Below are positions 37,864 through 50,225 of a DNA stretch of 64,000 bases, piece by piece. The notes below the pieces were generated by a model. It worked only from the letters and a program-made list of their open reading frames with translations. It searched no databases and had not been told where the DNA came from. Made by a program: the position numbers and the translations under genes. Origin of the DNA: Macrostomum lignano (lineage: Eukaryota); contig NIVC01003378.1 of NCBI GenBank assembly GCA_002269645.1, positions 1 to 64,000 on the forward strand. Reading direction: 5' to 3'. The stretch's first letter is position 1. The number at the start of each line of letters is the position of its first letter.

Positions 37864-38762
37864 AAACAAGCTGTTGAAACCCGCGGATTTTGAACCCGGG
37901 GAATTCCAATCCCCGGAACTACTTTTGCATGTATTCTGAAATCTAAGGCCATAACAAACAAAAACTTGTTAATAGTTAGTAGGATAGAGGTAGACATAAA
38001 ATGGAGCACATTCGTGTAAAATTAGGATTTGAGGCAAACATTGATATTGTTGTCTGGGGTACTGCGCAGAATGTCAGGCAATGTCTGTCTGACTCTAAAA
38101 CATGTATGGGCAAACTCTGGCCTCTCCCTGCCTCTCCCTACGTCCCTTGGATCCTTTAAAATTTCTATCGTCTCTTCTGTTTCCTCTCTTCTCTCTCGTC
38201 CCTCGTCTCTCCTCTCTCATCTCTCCCCTCTTCTCTCGTATCTTTCCTCATCTCTCTTCTCTTTCATCTCTCTTCTCTTTCATCTCTCTTATCTCATCTC
38301 ATGTCTCTTCTTTTCTCTCTCCTCTCCTCTCTCCTCTCTACTTTTTCGTTTTCTCTCTCCTCTCCTCTCTCCTCTCTACTCTTTCGTTTTCTCTCTCCTC
38401 TCCTCTCTCCTCTCCCATCTTTTCTCGTATCTTCCCTCATCTCTCTTTTCTTTCATTTCTCTTATCTCATCTCTTCCCTCTTCTTTTCTCTCTCCTCTCC
38501 TCTCTCCTCTCCCCCCTCTTCTCTCGTCTCTTCCTTCTCCTCTCTATTCTTTTCTCTCTTCTCTTAACTGTCTCCTCTACTCTCTCATCTCTCCTCTCTA
38601 CTCGTTCCTCTCTCTCTCTCCTCTCATCTCTTCTTTCCTCTCTCCTCTCTCCCCTCTTCTCTCGTCTCTTCCCTCACCTCTTTTTTCTCTCTCGCCTTTG
38701 GTCTTTCATCTTTCCTTTCTTTTCTTTTATCTTTTCTCTCTTATCTCTTCTCATTTCTCTCT

Positions 38763-38860
<98 letters not shown>

Positions 38861-40797
38861 GTCTTTCTCTCTTATCTCTCCTCCTCTCTCTACTCTCTCC
38901 CCTCTCCATTCTCCTCTTTCCTCTCCTCTCTCCTCACTCACTTCTCTACATTTGTCTCTCTTCTCTCCTCTCGTCTCCGTAATCTCTTATCTCTTCTCTG
39001 TTCTCTCTACTCTCCCATCTTTCATCTGTTCACTCTCGTCTCTGCTCTCTCATCCCCCTCTTTAATCTGGCATCTCAGTCTTATATGTTCTCTCACCTCT
39101 CTCCTCTGTACTCTTTTCTTTCCCCTCTTTTGACTCCTCACTTTCCTTTCTCCTTACTTTTTTCTCTTCTCTTCCCTTTTCTATACTCTCTCTCCCTTTC
39201 TTCTCTCTCTCGAGTCTCCTCTCTCCTTTATCTCTCATCTCTCATTTCTCATCTCTCCTTCCACCTCTCTCATCTCTACAACCTTGGAGATGTAGAGATG
39301 TATCTTTATCTCTTCTCTCTTCCCCAGTGGTGGGAGTGAGGAGTGCCCATTTTTTTCGCGCCTACGATTTTTTTTCGCGCCGCAAGCTTTTTTGTGTCAA
39401 TCTTTTGTGTCAACTCTCTGCTCTCCTCTCTGCTGTCTCCTCTCATCTGCAGCTCTCTGCTCTCATCTCTACTCTCTCCTCTCGCTTTTCCTCTCTCCCC
39501 TCTTCTCCCCCTCTCTCTCATCGTCCTCACCCCCTCATCTCTCCTATTATCTTTTATATTTTCTTTTATCCCCTCTTTCGCTTCTCCTCTCTTCGAATCG
39601 TCTATTCCTTCTTTCCACTCTCATCTGCCCCTCAGCCATAAGCTGGATTCTTTATCTGGCCACTGACATGGTTGTTCTCATGCTTTGATCACGTCATATT
39701 TCTTGCCAATTCGCAGCCCTGAAAGGAATTTGTGTATCTTCAGCTCTACTGCAGTTTGCATCAGTCTAACAACCAAGGAAATACGCATTTCTTAGGAGGC
39801 CATTTAAATTTTAAAGTACTTTTAAGAGAAACTTAAAATGTCCATGGTGTGCCTAATTTATTAGGGTTGTATTTCATTGCATCGCATCGCCTTTTCATAA
39901 ATCTTTCGCTTTTACAAACCATGCTGGATTCCCTCGATTTGCCAATTGCCATCCACTGTTAAACTGCTGCAGAGTTTGCCAATACAGAGAGGAGGGCAGT
40001 GGTTAGAATTTCTCACTAAACTGTTATGGCTAAACGTAGCCTCTCCACTCTTGGGGTGCGAGAAGGCTATAAAAAAAGTTATTCCAAAACACTGTACATT
40101 TGCTATGTACATTCAGTCCTATCGCCTGACCCTTCGTCTGGCTCTGGGGGAATGAGTGAGTGAGTGGCACAAACAACAGAAAAAGCAGACAAACTTCACA
40201 TGCTTACAGTTTCTTTTTCGGTTGAGTTACAGAGTTGAAACTTTACATTTAGATAGAGAATGAGTCAATGAAGAATTGTGTCAAGTTGGGAGTCAATCGC
40301 TTTACGTGGAGCAAACTTATAGCAGCTGAAAGTTAGCCAATTTTGAAACCCTTTTACACATCTGGGCCCAGATCGGGATCGGGAAAGAGAGGCAGGCGGG
40401 CGGAGGTTGGGGTGGTTGCTACGCTGAAAAAAACAGCCTAACTTTAAAAGTGCACAGCACCGCTCAGGATTGACTTTGAGACTCGAAATTTTACAAAATT
40501 GTGCCAAAATAGTTAAAGATTATCTGTGTCAAATTTGAAGAGAATCGGTAGAAGTGGAGCGGCGCTATGGAGGATTAAGTGAAAAAATCGCGCATTTTGA
40601 GCAGTTTTTTGTACTTTTAGGTAGGAAGACTCAAATTTAGGAAATTAAAAGGTAGCCTAAGGCATTCTCCGTAGTAAGTTTAGGGTGGGTGTAAAGTTTG
40701 GTGTAATTTGGTTGAGCGGTTTGGGAGTCCATAGCGATCAAAATTGTCCACACACAGACAGACAGACAGACAGAGTTTTGATTTTTATAGGTAGAGA
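37864..40797 (+). mobile_element. Non-autonomous Helentron/DINE-1-like element, copy 2, inserted in a T-run at the end of Gypsy pol
   Basis: Starts AAACAAGCTGTTGAAACCCGCGG and ends (CAGA)n GAGTTTTGATTTTTATAGGTAGAGA. No TSD. Removing it restores the pol end TRSGRRVQKPKNDYFYF*. Confidence 0.75.
38160..39620. repeat. About 1.5-kb CT-rich low-complexity tract with a (CT)n core near 38765-38853
   Basis: Almost exclusively C/T on the + strand. The overlapping L/S-rich ORFs are artefacts. Confidence 0.95.
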
Positions 40798-43700
40798 TTG
40801 CACTCTACGGCCGCTCCTGGTACGTACTGGTGATGGTGGTGGTTGCTGCTGATGAATCGCGGTTCGCGTCCTGGTTCGCTCCGGCTCTGTCTGCTGCGAA
40901 CCTGCCTCCGTCGGTGCTGTCGTGCTACGGTCGCTAATGTCGTCTTCCCTGGTGCCCGACTGAGATGTTGATTCCTGTGGCACCGTCGACTCGCTGTTGG
41001 GAGGGTCGGCTGTCGGAGATGCTCGTCGTCTGTCAGGTGCAGACTGCGGTGTTGATCGACAAGGCTTCAGGCGGTCGATGGAGTCTCCTGACGTCTCCTG
41101 ACTCCTGACGTCCTGCGGCTGTTTCGATGATGAAAAACTTCGGCAGTCGCTTCACTACCGGGTAGGGACCTTGGTACGGTGCTTCCAAAGGCTTCATTGT
41201 TCGGTCGACTCGGACCCAAACCTTCTCGGCTGTCTCGAGGTCGCTCGGGATGTGCTTAGGCCGATCTGGTGGAGGTCTCGTGTCGTCAAGCAGGTTATCC
41301 AGGCGCAGTCGAATCATCTCGGGTGTTGGATCCTCGGCTGTCGTCAGGACGCGCGGCATCATCGGGTGTTCTCCGGTCAGACGAGTGAATGGGCTTATGC
41401 CGTCGTCGTTTGGTGAGATGCGCATCGCAAGTAGCGCTAGAGGAAGATTCTCCAGCCAGGAGTTCCCGCGAGCCTTTAGAATGGCTTTCAGGGTGCGGTG
41501 GGCCCGCTCCACTTTCCCGTTCGTCTGCGGGTGATACGCTGTTGTGCGCAGTCGGTGAAATCCGATGTCCTTAGCGACTCGGTTGAAAAACTCGGCTTCG
41601 AACTGCGGTCCTCGGTCGGTGACGATGTACAGCGGAACTCCAAAACGCGAAATCCGGGTAGATATGAATGCTGAGGCTACACTCTCTGCGGTGACGGATT
41701 CCAGCGGCGTGGCCTCGATCCAGCTGGTGCTACGGTCGACCATCGTGAGTAGGTAACGAGGAGTGAGACCGCAGGAGATGTCGTACTTCCGGTCGGGTAC
41801 AGGCAGCGGACCGACGATGTCGATGTGCACAACTTCGAGTCGTTTCGATGGTAGGTCGAACGCAGAACTGCCGGCTGTCGTGTGGCGCCCAATCTTAGTT
41901 CGTTGGCAGGTTGCGCACGCTCGACAGAACTGTTTGATGGCATCTCGCATGTTCGGCCAGAAGTATCGGGTTGTTAGCAGGCTGGCGGTCTTGCGGACGC
42001 CGTAGTGGCCAAGCTGGTGGAACTGCCGAATGAGCGGCTGTTGTAGCGAATCTGGGACGACTGGACGAGGATAGTGACTGGAGGTATCGCACAACAATGT
42101 CTGCTTTCCGTCGAACTCATAGAATCGGCAGTTGTTGCTTGGTTGCATCCCGATTCGTTTCTGCTCTGCGGCAATGGCTGGCAAGTCGACGGGTTCCTCT
42201 AGGGATGTCTCCTCTGCGGCTGCAACCGTTTGCGTCGGCGAACCTCCGGACTCGGATAACCTTGATAGGGCGTCGGCGACTATATTGTCAGAGCCGCGGA
42301 TATAGACCACATCGGTGACGTATTCGGATATGATGCTCAGATAACGCTGGTTCCTGTCGGAGGTACCCTGGCTGCCGCTGTGGAAGGCCTGAACAAGGGG
42401 CTTGTGATCCGTAAAGATCGTGACCTGACGGCCCTCGATAAGGCTCCGGAAGTGAAGAACTGCCAGGTAGACTGCTAGGAGTTCTCGATCGAAAGCAGAG
42501 TAGGCTCGCTGCGTCGGCAAAAGGGTCTTGCTGAACAGCCCGAGCGGGACTGGCGACTGACCGTCGGCTTGGTGTAGAGCGGCTCCCACGCAGGTTGCCG
42601 AGGCATCGGTGACCAGGCTGTAGGACGAACACTGCGGGTCGGGATGGTGAAGCAATTGATACGATCGGCTAGCTTACCCTTCAGCTGATTGAACGCGTCC
42701 TCGTGCTGCGATGTCCACTCGTACGTGCGCGGCGCCTTGAGTGACTTGGTGACCAGGTCTTGCAGCGGTGCAGCGGTGTGGCTGAAATGCGGGATGAAGC
42801 GGCGGTAGAACCCGATTGTGCCGAGGAACCTGCGCAGGGCCTGTGCGTTGCGAGGTGCCGGCCACTCACGGATGGCGTCAACCTTGGATTCGAGCGGCCG
42901 GATCCCGTCTGCTGTTACCTGGTGTCCAAGAAACGTGATTTCCTTCTGCATGAAAGCACACTTGGTGAGCTGGACCTTCAAACCGTGTTGTTCAAGGCGT
43001 CGGAGTACGCTTTCGAGCACTCGGAGGTGGTCTTCCTCGTCCTTGGAGTAGACTAGCAAGTCGTCCACGTAGGCGAGCACGCCGTCGATGCCACGGAGCA
43101 CAGTGTCAATGAATCGCTGAAACGTTTGACCTGCATTACGAAGACCAAATGGCATGCGGATCCACTCGTAAAGACCGAACGGTGTGATGATTGCTGTCTT
43201 CGGTATGTCCTCTTCGGCGATTGGAATTTGATGATAGGCTCGCACCAGATCCAGCTTGGAGAAAACCTTGGCACCGTGGAGATACCGTGTGAAACACTGG
43301 ATATGAGGCACGGGATAATGATCCGGCTGGGTGATCTTGTTTAGCTGTCGATAGTCTCCGCAGGGTCGCCACTTACCATTGGGTTTGCCGTCGTCCTTCT
43401 TAGGAGCCATGTGCAGCGGTGATGCCCAAGAGCTCGACGACGGCCGGAGGTACCCGGCTTCCAAGAGTTGCCGAAACTCTTCTCGGGCGATGGCGAGCTT
43501 CTCCGGATGCAGCTGTCGGGCTTTGGCGTGCGTCGGTGGTCTATCGCTCGTGATGATGTGGTGCTTCGTGTCATGTTTAACTTCGGTGGCCGGAGGTAGC
43601 CTCCCTCCTTCGACGCACGTGAAGGTGCTGCGGTAACGATCGATGAGTGCGCGTACACGAGGATCGCAGTGGTCTGGATACGCCAGCGACACGGCGAGTT

Positions 43701-44103
43701 CATCGAGGTCCACTGCGGTAACCGGCAGAGATGGCGTATGTAGTCTCGTTGTAGGGTCAACTAGTCGACGCCCCTTGCAGTCGACGATCAATTCGAAATG
43801 ACTGAGGAAGTCGTACCCCAGGATAGGTTGTACGACGGATGCGACCAGGAACGTCCAGCGGAATTCACGACGGAGTCCTCGGATGTTGACGTCGAGCGAG
43901 ATCTCTCCAGCGACCGGTATCGATGCACCGGTGGCGGTGGTCAGGCGAAATCCGGTCTCCTGAAGGTCCCGGTGGAATTGCTTCTGCGGAATTATCGACA
44001 CTGCTGCGCCGGTATCGACCAGGAACGGGTAGTACTTGCTGTCTATCTTGATATCCACCACCAGGAATTTCTTGCTCGCCGCCGGGGATGATGCACTGCT
44101 CAC
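40798..44103 (-). pseudogene. Gypsy pol (protease-RT-RNase H-integrase), broken by a 1-nt frameshift near 42655 and a small duplication near 41090
   Basis: FLVDTGA, YVDD, VTDAS, GH.GVRKT..CATCQ, HIDIVGPLP, TDRGPQF, NGKVER. ORFs 42475-44103 and 41033-42655 overlap out of frame. Confidence 0.93.
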
Positions 44104-44126
44104 TGCGGCAAGTTGGGCAGTGCCCT

Positions 44127-45026
44127 CTAGTTTGACGGCTGACGTGTCGGAGAGGCTGACCTGGACTGTGCAGGTGTCTTTTCGTGAGTACTCAGAATTC
44201 GCGGCCGCCTACCACCCAAGGCGGACGGGAAACGACACCACGGTCGGCAGGTAAGCGCGCGTTCACCGTAGTAGATGTGGGCCCGGCAGACGACCGGACG
44301 CTGTCCTGGCTTGAACGGGGTGACGCTTGTCTGTGGCTGCAGTTGTCGGCGTGGCAGTTCGTCCCGTCTGGAGTTGATGGTCGGCGGTGGCGTCGGCTGT
44401 ACAGCGCTGACTGAGCTCGCCGAGCTCTGGTAGCTGACCATGAAATCAGCGATTTCAGCGAGCTTCTCTGGCGATTCCTGCTGGAAGCCTGATAGTGCGA
44501 CTCGTAGCTCACTGGGCAGGCAGCGGATGAGAGTCGCCTTGAGCATGTCGGAGCAGGAGCCCATGCCGCACTGAGCCATCTTGGCGCTGAGCTTCTTGAC
44601 GAAGATTGAAGGCTTGTCGCCACCTAGATCGGACGTGGCCAGGATCTCGTTGATCTTCTCCTGCTGACTCTTCTGCAGAAGGTTGGAGATGGCGGCTTCA
44701 AGCGGCTCGTACTGTCGAGGCGTTGATGTCGTGATCAGCATCGACGAGATATCCTCCGGCAGGTGCGCAACCAAGTAGTGGTACTTGGTCTCGTCCGAAG
44801 TTATGCGCGCTAGGTGGAATTGCGACTCTAGGGTCCGGAACCAAGCTTCCGAATTGTTCCGGTACAGCGGCGGAACCTTAACGGACACGGCGGACACGCT
44901 TGGCTCAAGTATCGGTGGTGTATGTTGAACAGGTAGCTGCCCAGTGGGGTTGAGCACCGGGGCCTGGTTGTTGTCGGCGGCTGCTGCGGCCTGCTGCGAT
45001 AGCTGCGGATCGCTTTCGTCGGCCAT
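44127..45026 (-). CDS. Gypsy Gag, 299 aa (CsRn1-type)
   Basis: [28 protein letters not shown] and a CHCC-type knuckle [21 protein letters not shown] lies just downstream of a TGGTCC.. PBS at about 45029-45043. Confidence 0.9.
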   Translation of the reverse strand: MADESDPQLSQQAAAAADNNQAPVLNPTGQLPVQHTPPILEPSVSAVSVKVPPLYRNNSEAWFRTLESQFHLARITSDETKYHYLVAHLPEDISSMLITTSTPRQYEPLEAAISNLLQKSQQEKINEILATSDLGGDKPSIFVKKLSAKMAQCGMGSCSDMLKATLIRCLPSELRVALSGFQQESPEKLAEIADFMVSYQSSASSVSAVQPTPPPTINSRRDELPRRQLQPQTSVTPFKPGQRPVVCRAHIYYGERALTCRPWCRFPSALGGRRPRILSTHEKTPAQSRSASPTRQPSN

Positions 45027-45388
45027 GACGACTCACCGGACCAGTTCTATAACGTATGATGAAGTAAACATCATACGTTATAGAACTTTCGCAAAGGTCA
45101 CTACAGTAGTATCAACAAGTTTTATTCTACATTTAAATTCATTTCTTATCTTGCTTTATTGTCGAACTACTTTCGGTACGTCATTTTCATTTACCTAGTT
45201 GGTGCACTTACAGAAAACATAGAAACATTAAATGCCGTTTCTTGTCCTCAATAAACGTTGGAAAAAGTGAGCAGCAGACTAGTTGCAGAATTTTATAGCC
45301 GGACATGGCATATTTGACAATTTGCAGCTGCTCTGGCTTGTTTACTGCCTTTTCATAAATCAACAGCAATGGTGAAAGTGAATCTAAT

Positions 45389-45425
<37 letters not shown>

Positions 45426-48400
45426 TGTTAATGTTTGATTTGTTGTTAATATGGACTTTTAAAATCCCCCGTGTCTTAAATAAAAAAACGAATAATTTTT
45501 TAAGTTATGATTTCCATCAAAATGCAATTAATTAATGTTTTAAAAACATTTAAACTCAATAAATTATTTATTCTCTTATCAAATAGAATCCAACTCTAGA
45601 ATATTTTTCAAGGAAGGAATACTAACTATCCTTAATATTCAATATGCATGATAATAAAGCAGTGCATTACTTTTTCAATTTAGAGAATCTAACAAGGAAA
45701 TAAATATAATTTAGTACAGTACCATTGTAAGCAAAAAACCATAAGCTTACAGGTACAATTTTTTGTAAAGATAGATACAGCTGAAAAATTAAAATTTGAC
45801 AAAAGAATACCACAAACACTAAAAATGGGGAGAAAAAGTATAACAAACATTGGCATTAATAAAAAAGTAATAAATATTGCAGTTGAGCAAATGAAATTAG
45901 CAATTAAACAATGCAATGAGTTAAATGATAAATAACAAAGAAATGCTAAATAACATCTAGCAATGTATATTAAAGCAATTGAAGTGCACTCTGAGTTGAA
46001 AGGCTTACAACTCATAAAGTACAGTTTAAATGCAATGTAACTTTTTATTTATTTGTAACTTTATAACAATAGAAATCATTACCATAAGCAATTGTATGAA
46101 AAGTTGCTATTAATAGTCTTATGTACTTTATCTCTACTCTAAGAGCTAACTTTCTATAAATATATATGATTCCTTGTATAAAATTAGGGATTCTTTAAAA
46201 AATTCATGCTGCAATATGCATATATCACACTCTTGACCCAAGAAAATTATTGAAAGTGGTCAACCAATTAGCACAAAAAAATTATAGACAGGGCTGTAAT
46301 GGTGCAAGTGGTGTTTCGGCACACCACTTAAATTTAAATTTAAATTTTTGGAGCAGTTACACTAAAGAAAATTATTATTTTATAAAATTAAGAGAGGCTA
46401 ATAAAATTAGTAGGGCTTGAATTGAATAATATGCTGTGAAGACTCAAACTTGTAAGCCAAGAAGGCTAGAATTAGGGTTAGCAATTAGGCAATTAGGCAA
46501 ACTATAGACATTAAGGAATGTGTAGGTATTAAATAAATAAATCATGCAGGTGCTAATAGTAGCTTAAAACCTATCACTTGGTCCCTTAGAATGCCATAAT
46601 TCTGGACATTAGAATTAAAAAATAGTGTTTTACTGATTGGAAACTTGTTCTTATTGGAAAACTTCTCATAAATATAGAAATATTACTATAAACAATACTA
46701 ATAAATTTGCCTATTAAAACTTTGTGGCATTTGTAGGATTTTAGAAGAAGGAAGTATACCCTGCAACATATGTGCAGAATATTTATGTGCTAAAGGATTT
46801 TGGTCTGAAATAAATGACAATAATTGTTATGTGAAGATGGTTTATATGTTGTTTATTCAAAGCATCACATACAACTTTTCAGTAAAAAGACTTCTTGGTC
46901 TGTAAGGTAGATTTTTTACTTATATGCTTGCATTTTTTAACTCATAATTTAAATGATTAGCACAATTTCTTAAATATCAAGACTTGGCAAATTATTCATA
47001 ATAATAAAGGTTTTCTTAAAAGGATTGTATATAAAGAAGAGACTGTAATTTGAACTTTCACTGAGTAGCTATTCCTTTTTTGTTGGTTGAAATCATACAA
47101 AAAGTAATTAAACTAATAAAAGAAGAAGCTTGGAAATTATTAATTTAATCATCATCTTACAAAGTAAAAAAAACTTTTTGGGTGCAATTTTTTCATCAAA
47201 TAATCTGCCAATGTATTAACTTTTTTAATATAGAAATACTTGCTTGCAAATTTGAAATATCCAAAGTTCGTTCTTCATGAAGTAATCCTAACAAAATAAG
47301 TTGTGGTTTTTTTATAAAAGCAGAATGCTTCATCATTTTATGGAAAATTGAGTTCTGACTATTAGTTTGATCATTTCATATATCAGGCATATTTAGCATT
47401 AAATCGGTACGCCTGTAGTACAGAACCTTCGGGGTAGTAAAATCACAGTGTAATAGCATTGCAAGCTGCAGTTTTTGCATGTGCGATTATTTTAAAAAAT
47501 CGAATGCCAAATTCAGGACATGTACAAAAAACGATAATACAAAGAATATTTAACAAATCATCTATCACGAAAGCAAGGATGTCATTTCTATTATTATCAA
47601 TTTTTTAAAATTATTTAAAAGTAACTCCGCAGGTTTATTCTGCATTTTCATAACTAATTTTGTTATAAAAAAGGGTGTCCAATGTATCCAATGTGCCAGC
47701 TTTTATACACACCCGTTAAATGGGTTAAATTAAATTATTTTGACATAAAATTTGAAACAAACAAACAAAAGCAAGTTTATTAAAGATTTAAAATGAGTCT
47801 TAGGTCTTAAAGGGAGTATTACACCACATTGTAATATGTCAACCAGTACAGAAAGTTGCTAAAGCTCTCTTTTTGGATAGAGTTAGTGCCAGAAAAACTC
47901 GCCGAGGTGGAAACCCGTCAAAAGGGTGATTCTCATCGAGAGGTTTCGGAGGTTTTGAGGTTTTTCAGAGGTTTCATTTCAAACAAATATTTTCGCGCAA
48001 AATTTTTAATTCTGCACAAAATTTGAAAGGTTACTAAAATTTAGTAATGAATACAATTTTTCTTTAGAAAATAGCTCGAAGGTTTCGGATTCTTTTCAAT
48101 TTTGCTTGTGATAGGTACGCGCGGAAATTATTTAACTATTTTTATACAGTGTTTTTAAAAATACACTACACACGACACTGTTAATGTCCTCGTTCCCATT
48201 GGCTTTCGCCATTCACTATTTAATGTGCATGAATAAAATAAAAAACTTAGACAAAGGCGCTGCTTGAAATCTCATAAAACATAGACAGCTGTTTCACCCA
48301 TTTTTCCGTTTTTACTTTTGAATGCTGCCATTTTGTATTCGAATTATGTTATGACATTGACGTACTGCATGCATACTACACACATAAGTAAATAGCAGCA

Positions 48401-49599
48401 GTATTGCTGTCTCAATGTTTTTTTATAAATATCTAAGTGCCTGGAATTACAAATATGCTTCTTCTAGCAAAGCATTTTACTTTTAATGATAAAATTTATT
48501 TTAATTACTAAAAACTGTTAGATTTTCTCTTATAAATAACACTAGTTACCTTGCACAACTGTTCCTGCTGACCAAAGCGCTAACACTTTAAAATTAGTTC
48601 TTTTACAAACAAAATGTTTGCAGTAAGACTTTGTATTTTGTACATGCATTGCACCACCTTTGTTCGATGCTAATCTATTTTGAGCAATAAGCTAGATAGC
48701 TGATACCAGTAGTTTTATTAGAGTTAAAACTAAAAAGTCATCAGACATAGTTTTTGGCATTATTTATTCGAAAATAATATAATAATATAATATAATTTAA
48801 TATAATATAATATAATTTCTTAAATTTTTAATGTGTTTTCTTCTTTAAAGATTGCAAGAGCAAATGCACAGGAAAATCATTGTTTATTAACATTTAAAAT
48901 TGTTTATGAAAAGTTATAGATGAAAGTATTCAATACCTTTTATTTCAACATGATTTGTTTCTGCTGCCAGCACCAAAGCCTAAACTACTACTTGCCTGGT
49001 CTCCTGCCTGCATTCTGAGCCTATTTACTAAGCTGTGTACAGGCCAACAATGCTTCATGTTTGTCTAACCTAATAACAGGCATTATGGCATTCCATGTCC
49101 TATACCCACTTGTCGCAACTCGGTGCACCTAGCTCGCCACCCTTAGAGTTGTGGCAGACTGGTTGCTTTTGAGGTGGCAATTGGTTTGGTTATCAGCATA
49201 CAGAAGATGGCTGTGCTAACCACAGCCTAGAGGCTAATCTACTGCGAACTGCCTTCAAGATGAGTGACCGAAGTTCTTCAACTGCTTGCTGGCCAACACA
49301 GGTGCTCCAGCCTTTGTTTTTGCAGGCATCGTCTTTCATATGCATTAACTCCCAAATTTAAGAACTTCACTTTCATCTGAGTAAATAAAAAGACAAGTCT
49401 TATATTCTCTCATGTACAGATTGGAAATTGAACTTTTAAAGTGTTTTGATTTGTGTTTTGTGTTTTGATTAGTGTATAGTGTATTTATGCAATGTAACAG
49501 CAATGTATGGATAAATTTTGTATACATACTGATATTTAAAATAGAAAATGCTCCTTTGTTTTTGAAATGCATTCTTGTAATGTTCAATGTTTTAAAAAA

Positions 49600-50225
49600 T
49601 GTAAGGCCTGAAAAAATAAGGCAAGGCCAAATTGGCAACCACCATGATGCTCATCAGCTTGGATCAAGCTTGCGCAGTTGGCCTACGCTGACTGACATTT
49701 GGATTATCTATCAGACTCAGAGTCTCGCCGCACTAAACCCTTCAAAAAACGTTAGCCAGCCTTTTTGAGATGCAGCATAGCATTCCAGGTTCAATGGGCA
49801 TGTCTATGAAAATTGCATCATAAATTGTCAAGACCACCAAGGTGAGACCTCAATATTAGGCTGAGGAACATGGGCGATGCTTCTCAGTGCGCGATTTCCG
49901 TTAAGGTCAGCAAAGTGCAATCGGGCAGCCGCATTATGTCAGTTGTAGTGAGTTCCATTTGGATGAGTAACACTTAGCTGTTGCTGCTGCTGCTGGACAA
50001 AAATGATTGGCGCGAGTTCTCTTGGCACAATTCCCGCAGGGCAATCAGGTGGGCTCCAAATTCCTCTCCAAGCTTGGCACCAGCATGCCTGACATTGCTT
50101 TTCATGGCCTCCAATTGAGACTATCGAAACAGTTGATGCTGGAAGCCCAAAAATTCGACAATGGGACTTGGGTGCTGCAATGATGAGCAACAATGCTGAA
50201 GTTGAGCCGCATCAAAATGTCCTGT
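49600..50225 (-). pseudogene. Decayed coding sequence of unknown origin inside MULE C
   Basis: One minus frame reads protein-like for about 200 codons with scattered stops (GHFDAAQLQHCCSSLQHPSPIVEFLGFQHQLFR*SQLEAMK..MFLSLILRSHLGGLDNL*..). It starts after an acceptor-like CTACAG and is more GC-rich than its surroundings. Confidence 0.4.

Larger units (their letters stand above)
37300..45105 (-). mobile_element. Ty3/Gypsy retrotransposon (CsRn1-like) with intact 3' LTR (37300-37691) and collapsed 5' LTR (45044-45105)
   Basis: LTR TGTAGCGAC...GTCACTACA. Minus-strand PPT GGGGGGAC precedes the 3' LTR. 4-bp TSD GTAG at 37296-37299 and 45106-45109. The empty site GATTGGTAGTATCAAC is present, reverse-complemented, in MULE copy B near 54352-54367. 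Confidence 0.93.
37124..47714. mobile_element. Non-autonomous Mutator-like element, copy A (about 2.8 kb net), interrupted by a Gypsy element
   Basis: TIRs GG(A/G)T(C/G)TGTATAAAAGC..ATTGG..CATTGGACACCC. 9-bp flanks GTTAAATTA and GTTAAATGG match at 7 of 9. Same family as 51775-54533. Confidence 0.85.

Noticed and set aside
38029-39688. Long L/S/F-rich membrane-protein-like ORFs
   Set aside because: Artefacts of the CT-rich tract, which lacks stop codons on the + strand.
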